Origin: an uncultured Alphaproteobacteria bacterium
GTDB taxonomy: Bacteria > Pseudomonadota > Alphaproteobacteria > Rhizobiales > Xanthobacteraceae
Reading direction: 5' to 3'
DNA length: 64,000 nucleotides
NCBI GenBank assembly: GCA_963756805.1
Contig: CAVWPH010000012.1
Span: 49,742 to 113,741, forward strand
Position 1 is the first letter of the stretch. Each line of letters starts with the position of its first letter. The notes beneath the pieces were generated by a model, which saw only the letters and a program-made list of their open reading frames with translations, did no database searches and was not told the origin of the DNA. The position numbers were made by a program, and so were the translations under genes. This document shows, in pieces, positions 20,885-29,632 of this stretch.

Positions 20885-21844
20885 TCACGAACTCCCGATC
20901 AAGATGCCGGCGATGAACACCAGCGCGCCGCCGAAGGCGATTTGGAAGGTGGCGGCGAGGAACGGGGTGTCCATGTAGCGGTAGCGGATATAAGAAATCG
21001 CCGCGAGCTCGATCACGACCACGCCGATCGATATCGCGGTTGCCGTCCAGAAATGCGGAATGAGATAGGGCAAGGTGTGACCGAGCCCGCCGATGGTGGT
21101 CATCAGTCCGCATACGGCGCCGCGCAGCCATGGCGTGCCGCGGCCGGTGAGCGAGCCGTCATCGGACAAAGCTTCGGCAAATCCCATGGAAATGCCGGCG
21201 CCGACCGACGCCGCCAGGCCGACCAGGAACGTCGCCCAGGTCTGATGGGTGGCAAAGGCCGCCGCGAACAGCGGCGCCAGCGTCGACACCGAGCCGTCCA
21301 TCAGGCCGACAAGCCCCGGCTGCACGAATTGCAGCACGAACATGCGGCGCGCGGTCTCGTCTTCCTTTTCGCGCGCGCCCTTGGTGAGGATGGTCTGGCT
21401 GAGCTTGTGAGCGAGGCTCTCGTGGCCGGCTTCCGCTTCGGCAAGTTCGATCAGCAATTGCCGCATCGAGGCGTCACGCGCGCTTTCGGCGGCCTTGCGG
21501 TAATAGCGCTCGGCCTCGAACTCCATGTTCTCGGCGAACTTGCGCACGTCCTCAAGCCCGAGCGGGCGCGTCAGCCACAAGGGCTGCTTGGGATGCAGGA
21601 AGCCCTTCACGTCCTGGCGGCGGATCAGCGGCAGATATTCGCCGAACTTCTTGCGGTAGAGGTCGAACAGCATGGTGCGGTGATGCACCTCTTCCTCGGC
21701 CATCTCGTCGAATACTTTCGCCGAGGAGGGAAACGCCTCGCGCAGGCCTTCGGCGAAGCCACGGTAGATGCGGCTGTCCTCTTCCTCGTTGGTGATGGCC
21801 AGCGCCAGCACTTCCTGCTCGGTCAGGTCGGAAAATCGTTTCAC
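20885..21844 (-). CDS. mbfA: Iron exporter MbfA (rubrerythrin plus VIT1/CCC1 domains)
   Basis: ExxH di-iron motifs (EEVHH, EAGH); QPGLVGLMDGSVSTLAP; GAGISMGFAEALSDDG. Confidence 0.92.
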   Translation of the reverse strand: MKRFSDLTEQEVLALAITNEEEDSRIYRGFAEGLREAFPSSAKVFDEMAEEEVHHRTMLFDLYRKKFGEYLPLIRRQDVKGFLHPKQPLWLTRPLGLEDVRKFAENMEFEAERYYRKAAESARDASMRQLLIELAEAEAGHESLAHKLSQTILTKGAREKEDETARRMFVLQFVQPGLVGLMDGSVSTLAPLFAAAFATHQTWATFLVGLAASVGAGISMGFAEALSDDGSLTGRGTPWLRGAVCGLMTTIGGLGHTLPYLIPHFWTATAISIGVVVIELAAISYIRYRYMDTPFLAATFQIAFGGALVFIAGILIGSS

Positions 21845-21885
21845 GAAGCATCCTTTCGATAGCTGGCCTGCGACTTAAGCAATAT

Positions 21886-21902
21886 ATTAGAGCAATGCCA
21901 AA
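21886..21902. promoter_or_regulatory. Putative Irr iron control element (ICE) upstream of mbfA
   Basis: ATTAGAG-CAA-TGCCAAA matches 10 of 14 positions of TTTAGAA-N3-TTCTAAA; mbfA is an Irr target in rhizobia. Confidence 0.55.
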
Positions 21903-22006
21903 GTGTAAGGTCCACTTTGACGCCTTTCCCCACAATCGCTCATAACCCATTGCTGATACGTGCAATGGCGGAGACAAGCCGCCACTAAGATCAAAGAGGA
22001 ATTCAA

Positions 22007-22483
22007 TTGCAACGCCTGCGCCGCGCGCTTGAGCCGCTGATCCGGCCGGTGATCCATTTCTACTGGTGGTTCTCGCGCGGCGCGACCTTGGGCGCACGCG
22101 CCATGGTGATCGACGGCTCGGGCCGCGTCTTCCTGGTCAAGCATTCTTACGTGGCCGGCTGGCATCTGCCCGGCGGCGGCGTCGAGACCGGAGAGACCGC
22201 GCTGGAGGCGCTCACGCGCGAATTGGCCGAGGAAGGCAATATCCAGCTGGTGGGGACGCCGGTGCTGCACGGCCTGTTCTTCAACCGCCGCACCTCGCGG
22301 CGCGACCACGTGGCGCTCTACATCGTGCGCGACTTCCGCCAGGACGGAAAGCCCGTGCCCAATCATGAGATCGTCGAGCACGGCTTCTTTGCGCCCGGCG
22401 CGCTGCCTGAGGATACCGGCCGCGCCACGAGAGCCCGCATCGCCGAAGTCTTCAACGGCGCGCCGGTGAGCGAATTGTGGTGA
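22007..22483 (+). CDS. NUDIX hydrolase
   Basis: Nudix box GGGVETGETALEALTRELAEEG. Confidence 0.9.
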   Translation: MQRLRRALEPLIRPVIHFYWWFSRGATLGARAMVIDGSGRVFLVKHSYVAGWHLPGGGVETGETALEALTRELAEEGNIQLVGTPVLHGLFFNRRTSRRDHVALYIVRDFRQDGKPVPNHEIVEHGFFAPGALPEDTGRATRARIAEVFNGAPVSELW

Positions 22484-22521
22484 GTTTGCTATAATGCGGG
22501 CGCCCGGTCAGGAGACGCATA

Positions 22522-23121
22522 ATGCCGGTCAAAGATTGGCTGCCCGCCGCCGTAGGCGCCGCGGCCGCGGACCGCAAATTGAAATCCGGCGAGACGCTGT
22601 TCCGGCTCGGCGATAAGCCGGTCGGGCTCTACGAAGTCTTGAGCGGCCAGGTCCGGCTGTCGCGGGTGGACCGCGCGGGGCGCGAAACCATCCTCTTTGT
22701 CGCGGGCGGCGGCGAGACCATCGCCGAGGCCTCGTTGTTCTCAAGCGCCTATCATTGCGACGCCATCGCCAGCACTGATGCCGTAGTGCGCGTCTATCCC
22801 AAGTCCGCGGTATTGGCCGCCTTCGAGCGCAACCCGAAATCGGCGCAAGACTTTACCGCCACGCTCGCCCGCCAGGTAATGGGTCTGCGCACGAGCCTCG
22901 CACGCCGCAATATCCGCTCTGCCCGCGAACGCGTCCGTCATTTCCTCACCCTCAATGCCGGCGCCGACGGCCGCACGATCGACATTCGCGGCACGCTCAA
23001 AGATCTCGCTGCCGAACTTGGCCTTACCCACGAGGTGCTTTACCGCACGCTTGCCGCGCTTGAACGCACCGGCGAGATCAAGCGGGCCAAGCGAAAGATT
23101 ACATTGGGTCGAAAAAAATAA
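22522..23121 (+). CDS. Crp/Fnr family transcriptional regulator
   Basis: cNMP-binding-like domain (GETLFRLGD, AEASLF, YHCDA); HTH LAAELGLTHEVLYRTL. Confidence 0.9.
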   Translation: MPVKDWLPAAVGAAAADRKLKSGETLFRLGDKPVGLYEVLSGQVRLSRVDRAGRETILFVAGGGETIAEASLFSSAYHCDAIASTDAVVRVYPKSAVLAAFERNPKSAQDFTATLARQVMGLRTSLARRNIRSARERVRHFLTLNAGADGRTIDIRGTLKDLAAELGLTHEVLYRTLAALERTGEIKRAKRKITLGRKK

Positions 23122-23161
23122 AGGCTGCGGCCGAGCTGCCATCCCGACCGCAGCCGTTTTG

Positions 23162-23809
23162 TTAGATCGGGTCGCGCTGCATCATGCCGCCGCGCATCAT
23201 CATCATCATGGGACCGCCCATCATGCCGCCGTTGCGCTTCATCATGGCGGTATGCAGTGCGGCCATGCCGCCGCGCACGAGCTCGCTGACTTCCGCCGCG
23301 TGCGCCTGCAACGCGGCGACCGTCTTGGCGTCGTCGGACGTTTGCACGACGGCGACGCCCTTGTCGGTCGTCTCATAACTGGTGCGGACCTTGTCCTTGT
23401 CGCGAAAAATCGCGTGCAGCGCATCGCTCTCGATCGGCAAGCCGGGATCGTCTCCGGCGGCGACGCGGCGGCCCATTTCGGCGACGTGCGTCTTGATCTG
23501 GGCGGCGAGCGCCGGGTCGTCCAATTCAGTCACGGTGCGAATGCCGTTCGGCAAATTGGTCACCTTACGCGTGATGCGGTCATGGTTGCCGAGCAAAGTG
23601 TGGATGACCTGCAGCTGCGACATGGTGGCTGCGTCATGGGCCATCCCCATCATGCCCCGCATCATTCCCATCCTCGGTGCCATCGCGTGCGGGCCGAATT
23701 GGCCGTGGCCCGGATGGCCATCCTGCGAGTGCGCGCTGAATGCGGAAAAGCCGACGCCAAAGGCCACGGCAAGCGCCGCGGCTCCAACGATCTTGGTTCG
23801 CGTTTTCAT
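23162..23809 (-). CDS. Exported Met/His-rich hypothetical protein
   Basis: Signal peptide; Met-rich N- and C-termini; two internal similar beta-alpha units each ending in a His-containing helix. Confidence 0.8.
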   Translation of the reverse strand: MKTRTKIVGAAALAVAFGVGFSAFSAHSQDGHPGHGQFGPHAMAPRMGMMRGMMGMAHDAATMSQLQVIHTLLGNHDRITRKVTNLPNGIRTVTELDDPALAAQIKTHVAEMGRRVAAGDDPGLPIESDALHAIFRDKDKVRTSYETTDKGVAVVQTSDDAKTVAALQAHAAEVSELVRGGMAALHTAMMKRNGGMMGGPMMMMMRGGMMQRDPI

Positions 23810-23873
23810 GAACGAGTTCCTTTGCTGGCGCTATCGCCCATGCAGCCATCCTGAACGAATACGGGTTATGGCA

Positions 23874-23891
23874 ATATGATCCGGATCATAT
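23874..23891. promoter_or_regulatory. Perfect 18-bp palindrome ATATGATCCGGATCATAT, Crp/Fnr-type operator
   Basis: TGAT-N4-ATCA core between two divergent genes next to a Crp/Fnr gene. Confidence 0.75.
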
Positions 23892-23988
23892 GGAGTTGTT
23901 GTGGGTTCGCCTAACAAGAGAGCCGGGGCATAACGTACCGCGCGACCGTGCCAGCGGGGACCCGCGCGCCAGCACAGAAAGCCAACCG

Positions 23989-24678
23989 ATGTCGAAATTT
24001 CCCTGGAAGACCGCGCTCGCCGGCGTCACCATCCTCGCCGCCACCGTCTACGCCTTCGCCGCCCAGCTCGCGCCCGGGCAAGGCGGAATGCATGAGCAGA
24101 TGATGCAGGGCGGCATGCACGCCCAAATGATGCAACACATGCAGGGCCAGAATCTGGCGCAGGCAATGCCCGGCGCTACCGGCATGCATGGCCATGGCGC
24201 GGCGATGAACGGCCAGCCGTTCGGTGCCGCCGGCGGTCCCACCATGCCGGGCCAGGACGCCTTCGGCGCCATCCAGGAAGTCGTCCAAATCCTGGAAGCG
24301 GACCCGGCGACCGACTGGTCGAAGGTCAATATCGCGGCCTTGCGCGAGCATCTCATCGACATGAACGAAGTGACGCTGCACGCCGCCGCCAACCAGCACA
24401 TCGTCGACAACAGCCTTGTGATCGAGGTGACCGGCGAGGGCCGTACGCTCGCCGCTATCAAGCGCATGGTGCCGGCACATGTGCGCGTGCTGCAAAGTAT
24501 GGGCTGGAACGCCAAGACCGCCGATCTGGCGAACGGCGTGACGCTCACGGTGACGGCCGCCGACGCGCCCGCGCTCACCAAGCTCAAGGCGCTCGGCTTC
24601 ATTGGCATCATGGTGCAAGGCGGCCACCACCAGCCGCATCATCTGATGATGGCCAAGGGTCAATTCCCGATGCACTGA
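23989..24678 (+). CDS. Exported Met/His-rich hypothetical protein
   Basis: Signal peptide MSKFPWKTALAG; Met/Gln-rich N-terminus; GQDAFGAIQE, TDWSKVN, HHQPHH motifs. Confidence 0.8.
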   Translation: MSKFPWKTALAGVTILAATVYAFAAQLAPGQGGMHEQMMQGGMHAQMMQHMQGQNLAQAMPGATGMHGHGAAMNGQPFGAAGGPTMPGQDAFGAIQEVVQILEADPATDWSKVNIAALREHLIDMNEVTLHAAANQHIVDNSLVIEVTGEGRTLAAIKRMVPAHVRVLQSMGWNAKTADLANGVTLTVTAADAPALTKLKALGFIGIMVQGGHHQPHHLMMAKGQFPMH

Positions 24679-24803
24679 GTTTCGGTGCGGCGGCCATGGC
24701 GCCCGCGGATTTAAAGACGGCCTACCCCGGGGCCGCAGAAAACACGGGCGCTCATGCTTGCCTTGCGCGATACCTAAGCAAGCGCTGGTGCCCTTTTTCC
24801 CGT

Positions 24804-24817
24804 TTGATCTCGATCAA
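24804..24817 (+). promoter_or_regulatory. FNR/FixK box TTGAT-CTCG-ATCAA
   Basis: Perfect consensus, centred about 58 bp upstream of ATG 24869, compatible with a class II promoter. Confidence 0.8.
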
Positions 24818-24868
24818 TGCCGTCACATTCGCCCGGTGCAATATGTGAGAAACGGGGTGGAATAGGAG

Positions 24869-25486
24869 ATGGTCATGCGGAAATATCTGGTTCTCACATG
24901 CGCAGTAGTTGCGGCCGTCGCGATCGGCAGCGTAGCGGTTTATGCCCAGCCTTACGGGCCGGGCATGATGAACGGCAATGGCCAGGGCTATGGCCCCGGC
25001 TACATGATGGGTCAGGGTCAGAATCAAGGCTACGGCCCGGGCTATATGAGAGGCCAAGGGCAGGGCCAAAATCAGGACGAGGATCAGAATCAGAATCAGG
25101 GCCAAGGTCAGGGCTACGGCCCCGGAAATATGCAGCAGGGCCAAGGTTACGGACCCGGCTGGATGATGGGTCAGGGCTATGGCCCCGGCATGATGCGGGG
25201 CAATGGTTATGGCCACGGCTGGATGATGAACGGTTACGGCCATGGACCCGGCATGATGTACGGGCAGGGCGCGCAAGCCTACGCCAGCCAAGGCGACCTG
25301 AAGCTCACCACCGATCAGGTCAAAAATTATCTCGCGCGGATGATCCGAAATCCGAACCTGACCGTCGGCGAGGTGCAGGAAAAAGACGCCGACACCATCG
25401 TGGCGAACGTCGTCACCAAGCAGGGCGGCTCATTGGTGCAGAAACTCGATTTCAACCGGCACACCGGTTACGTGCAAGCCGAGTAG
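24869..25486 (+). CDS. Exported Gly/Tyr/Gln/Met repeat protein with small C-terminal globular domain
   Basis: AGGAG RBS, signal peptide, eight YG[PH]G repeats, PepSY-like C-terminus. Confidence 0.8.
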   Translation: MVMRKYLVLTCAVVAAVAIGSVAVYAQPYGPGMMNGNGQGYGPGYMMGQGQNQGYGPGYMRGQGQGQNQDEDQNQNQGQGQGYGPGNMQQGQGYGPGWMMGQGYGPGMMRGNGYGHGWMMNGYGHGPGMMYGQGAQAYASQGDLKLTTDQVKNYLARMIRNPNLTVGEVQEKDADTIVANVVTKQGGSLVQKLDFNRHTGYVQAE

Positions 25487-25513
25487 TAAGCGTACGTAGT
25501 AGGTTGAGGCTTT

Positions 25514-25548
25514 GCCGCCCCGGGGCGTTTGTCCGGGGCGGCTTTTTT
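25514..25548 (+). terminator. Rho-independent terminator
   Basis: GCCGCCCCGG..CCGGGGCGGC hairpin followed by TTTTTT. Confidence 0.85.
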
Positions 25549-26525
25549 ATTGGGCTAGCCGCGCGCGATCGTGCGGGGCGGCGAAATCGAGCTGCGGGCC
25601 CACCGGCACGATGCCGGTCGGGTTCACCTGGCGCTGGCTAAAATAGTAATGCCGCTTGATCTGCTCGAGGCTCACGGTTTCGGCCACGCCCGGCTGCTGA
25701 TAGAGATCGCGCGTGTAGTTCGACAAATTCGCGATATTGGTAGATATGCCGCCAGTTGCACTTGAAGTGCGAATAATAGACGGCGTCGAAGCGGATCAGC
25801 GTGACGAACAGCCGCCAGTCGGCTTCGGTGATGACGGGGCCGGCGACATAGCGGCGCTGCGACAGGATCTGCTCGATCTCGTCGAGCGCGTCGAACACAT
25901 TCCGGAACGCCAGTTCATAAGCCGCCTGTGCGGTGGCGAACCCAGCGCGATAGACGCCGTTGTTGATGTTTGAATAAACCAGATCGTTGATGCGGTCGAT
26001 TTCGCCGCGCAGTTTTTCCGGATAGTAATCGGTGTGCACGTTGGTGAAGGCGTCAAACGCCGAGTTCAACATGCGGATGATTTCCGGCGACTCGTTGTTG
26101 ACGATCGTCTTGCGCTTCTTGTCCCACAGCACCGGCACGCTGACGCGGCCGGAATATTTCGGATCGGTGAGCAGATAAATTTCCGACAGCTTGCTCTTGC
26201 CGTTGACGGCATCGCCGGTCGAGCCCTCGTCTTTGTTGAAGGTCCAGCCGTCTTTGAGCATGTCGGGCGAAACCACCGACATCGAGATGACGCTCTCCAG
26301 CGCTTTCAGTTTGCGGAAGATGATGGTGCGGTGGGCCCACGGGCAGGCGAGCGAGACATAAAGGTGATAGCGGCCGCTCTCGGCGGCAAAGCCGCCTTCG
26401 CCGGACAAGCCGGGCGAACCGTCGGGCGTGACCCAATTGCGGAAGCGGGGGGTGGGACGGACGAAGTGGCCGTCCTTGGTGCGCACGCCGTCCTGCTGCC
26501 AAACGCCGTCAACCAGAAGTCCCAT
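25547..26525 (-). CDS. Glutathionyl-hydroquinone reductase (YqjG/omega-like GST; frameshift near 25730)
   Basis: ACPWAHR, VPVLWD, NNES, NNGVY; C-terminal NPTGIVPVGP in another frame. Confidence 0.88.
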
Positions 26526-26623
26526 AACGCAATCCTTTCGCTTTCGCCCCATTTAGGCAATCGCGGCTCAAAACGCCACCGGCGATGGACCGGAACCGGC
26601 CCAAGTGCTAATCGGCTCGCAGC

Positions 26624-27152
26624 ATGAGCGAATTGGCCCTGACCATCCTGCCGGAAACGGCCGCCGACGCGCCGGCGATCGAGCGGCTGCACGAGCGCAC
26701 TTTCGGCCCCGGCCGCTATGCGCGCAGCGCCTTCCGCATTCGTGAGGGCCGGGACCATGTGCTTAGCCTCTCCTTCACCGCCCGCACCGGCCCGCTGCTG
26801 GTCGGCTCGGTGCGCCTGACGCCGATCTGCATCGGCGAAACCAAGGCCTTGCTGCTGGGGCCGCTCACGGTCGAGCCGCCGTTTCGCGAGCGCGGCGTCG
26901 GCTCCGCGCTTGATCGAGCGCGCGCTCAAGGACGCCAAGGCCGCCGGGCACAAATTGGTGGTTCTGGTCGGTGACGAGCCCTATTACGCCAAGGCAGGCT
27001 TCAAGCGCATCCCTAAGGGTCAGGTGAAAATGCCCGGCCCGGTCGACCCGGCGCGGCTATTGGTGGCTGAATTAGCGGCAAATGCCTTCGACGGCGTCAG
27101 CGGCCTGATCCGGCCGGACTGGCCGGAGCACGGAGAAATAACCAGCGCGTAA
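26624..27152 (+). CDS. GNAT N-acetyltransferase (YhbS-like; frameshift near 26910)
   Basis: FGPGRYAR, LLLGPLTV, then LVGDEPYY. Confidence 0.85.
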
Positions 27153-27261
27153 AATTTATTTTTTCTGTGCGCAGGGGCCGGAGCGCTTGCCCGGGGCAAA
27201 TGCGCGGGCGAGACTTGGCGCATGACGCGCGGCCCGCGCGCAATATGAAGCGAGTACTTCC

Positions 27262-27552
27262 ATGAAAAAACTATCGGTCCTGGTCCTGGCGGCGGCGCTG
27301 TACGCCCCGCTGCCGGCGCAGGCTCAGCAGCTCGATCTCTCCACCGTCAAATGCAGCGAATTCGTCGCAAGCGACAAGCCCACCATCGGCCTGATCCTGA
27401 TGTGGCTGGAAGGCTTCTACAGCGACAGCGACGCCAGTCCGATCGTCGACTTCGACAAGATGAAGCGGAACGGCGAAAATCTCGGCAAATATTGCGGCGA
27501 GAATCCCACCCACAGCATCATCACCGCGGCCGACGAAGTGCTGGAAAACTAG
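27262..27552 (+). CDS. HdeA/HdeB family periplasmic chaperone
   Basis: Signal peptide; DLSTVKCSEF, WLEGFY, second Cys in YCGENP. Confidence 0.75.
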   Translation: MKKLSVLVLAAALYAPLPAQAQQLDLSTVKCSEFVASDKPTIGLILMWLEGFYSDSDASPIVDFDKMKRNGENLGKYCGENPTHSIITAADEVLEN

Positions 27553-29625
27553 TCAGCGGCCTTCGCGCGCCCACGTCGCGGCAAGCGAGCCGATCAGCAG
27601 CAGCAGGCCGATCATGCCGGCGAATATCGGCAGTACGCCGATGCCGCGCACCACGCTGAGGTCGCGCATCTTCAGGCCGATCCAATCCTCGCCCTTGTAG
27701 GTGGTCGAGGTGCGCACCGCCACCACGCGCGGGATACTGAGCGAATTGCCGTTCGCGATGCGCCGCGCATCGCCGCCGGTCGCTTCCGCGATCGGGCGCA
27801 GCACATCGGGCGTGGAAGTCACCTCGGCGAACTCGCGCGGATTGGCGGGTCCCACATTGGCCAAGGCCGTGAGCTTGCCGTCGGTCGCGCGCCAGAGGCC
27901 GAGCTCATTGGCGGTGACGTGCTCGCGCCATTCGCCCGGCTGATCGGGTTTCAAGTCGAGCGTGCGCGTGGCGCCGGTCGGCGAGGTGAGCTTCACTTGG
28001 TTGACGGTGTCGGCCATGGTCTGGCGCTCGACGGTGATGTCGCGGCCGTGCACGACCAGGCGCAGCGCTTCTTCTTCCAATTGCGGCTGCTTCATCAGCC
28101 AATGCGATAACCGCCGCAGCAGATCGAGATGCGGGCCGCCGCCTTCAAAGCCGCGCGCCCACAGCCAGATTTGATCGGATAGCAGCAGCGCGACGCGGCC
28201 TTCGCCCTCATGCGCCAAAATCAAAAGCGGCTTGCCGTCGGGACCCTGCATCACGCTGGTGCCCTTGATCGCAGACCGAGTGTCGACCACGCGGAACCAC
28301 TGGCTCCAGTGCGGCGGATCGGTTTGCGAGCCTTCGAGACCGCGCGTCACCGGATGGCGCTTGCCGGCCTCGGTGAGCTTGGGGCGGAACGGCTCCTCGG
28401 TGACCTGGCCGCTTGGCTCGGCCGGCAAGATCACGTCGAGCGGCGTACGCCAAATGCTGGTCGGGCTGGCGTAATCGGGGCCGGCGGCGATCAGCACGGC
28501 GCCGCCGTCGCGCACGTATTTCGTGATGTTGTCGAAATAGATCATCGGCAACACGCCTTGGCGCGCGTAGCGGTCAAAAATGATGAGCTGGAATTCCGAG
28601 ATCTTCTGCTGGAACAGCTCGCGGGTCGGAAACGCAATCAGCGACAATTCGTTGATCGGCGTGCCGTCCTGCTTCTCGGGCGGGCGCAAAATCGTGAAAT
28701 GCACGAGATCGACCGAGGCGTCGGACTTGAGCAGATTGCGCCAGGTGCGCTCACCGGCATGCGGCTCGCCCGACACCAGCAGCACGCGCAGCTTGTCGCG
28801 CACGCCGTCGATTGAGATGACCGCGCGATTATTGACTTGCGTGAGTTCGCCCGGCAGCGGCGAAGCCTCGATCTCTACGATATTGGGTCCGGCATGCGAG
28901 ATCGGGATCTTGACCTGGATATCGGTGTGCACGGTGACGACGCGCTTTTCCAAGACTTCGCCGTCGCGCTGCACGATCACTTCGGCGGCGCCGACCTTGG
29001 CGCCCTGATCCTCGATGCGGAAACCAATGATCTGCGACTGGCCGACAATGCCAAAGCGCGGCGTCGTGGTGAGCACGACACGGCGGTCGATCTCGTCGGG
29101 CTGACCGGTGATCAGCGCGTGCACCGGCGCGGAAAATCCCAAAGCCGATGCGCTGTCCGGCACGTCATGCACGCGGCCATCGGTGATGAAAATGGCGCCG
29201 GCGACGCGATCGGGCGGAACGTCCGCGAGCGTGGACGACAACGCCGTGAACAGGCGGGTGCCGTCATGCTCGCCGTCGGCTTCGCTGGCATCGACCACGC
29301 GGACTTCCAGGCCTTTGATGTGCTTGAGCCGCTCGACCAGCGTGGCGCGCACTTGCTCGGTCTGCTTGGCGCGGTCGCCGAAATTCTGGCTCGGGCTTTT
29401 GTCGACGATGACGGCGGCGACCGAGGGGATCGGGTCGCGATCCTCGCGGGTGAGCGAGGGATTGGCGAGCGCCAGCACCAGCAATGCCAACGCCAGCGAG
29501 CGCAGCGCCGCACCACGGCTGCGCGCCAGCAACAGTGCGGCGGCAATCAAAGCGCATGCGCCAAACGCCGCCCACACCACATAAGCGGGCACCAAAGGAG
29601 CAAACGAGACGCCGAGATTGAACAT
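27553..29625 (-). CDS. Membrane protein with vWA-like and GATase1-like domains, MoxR-associated
   Basis: N- and C-terminal TM helices; MIDAS-like DKSPS and TDG; VDLVHFTILRPPEKQD. Confidence 0.8.
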   Translation of the reverse strand: MFNLGVSFAPLVPAYVVWAAFGACALIAAALLLARSRGAALRSLALALLVLALANPSLTREDRDPIPSVAAVIVDKSPSQNFGDRAKQTEQVRATLVERLKHIKGLEVRVVDASEADGEHDGTRLFTALSSTLADVPPDRVAGAIFITDGRVHDVPDSASALGFSAPVHALITGQPDEIDRRVVLTTTPRFGIVGQSQIIGFRIEDQGAKVGAAEVIVQRDGEVLEKRVVTVHTDIQVKIPISHAGPNIVEIEASPLPGELTQVNNRAVISIDGVRDKLRVLLVSGEPHAGERTWRNLLKSDASVDLVHFTILRPPEKQDGTPINELSLIAFPTRELFQQKISEFQLIIFDRYARQGVLPMIYFDNITKYVRDGGAVLIAAGPDYASPTSIWRTPLDVILPAEPSGQVTEEPFRPKLTEAGKRHPVTRGLEGSQTDPPHWSQWFRVVDTRSAIKGTSVMQGPDGKPLLILAHEGEGRVALLLSDQIWLWARGFEGGGPHLDLLRRLSHWLMKQPQLEEEALRLVVHGRDITVERQTMADTVNQVKLTSPTGATRTLDLKPDQPGEWREHVTANELGLWRATDGKLTALANVGPANPREFAEVTSTPDVLRPIAEATGGDARRIANGNSLSIPRVVAVRTSTTYKGEDWIGLKMRDLSVVRGIGVLPIFAGMIGLLLLIGSLAATWAREGR

Positions 29626-29632
29626 GTCGTTC

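Noticed and set aside
24950-25265. Tandem DNA repeats as a possible array or VNTR
   Set aside because: Repeats are in-frame and vary at synonymous positions, so they are protein-level repeats.
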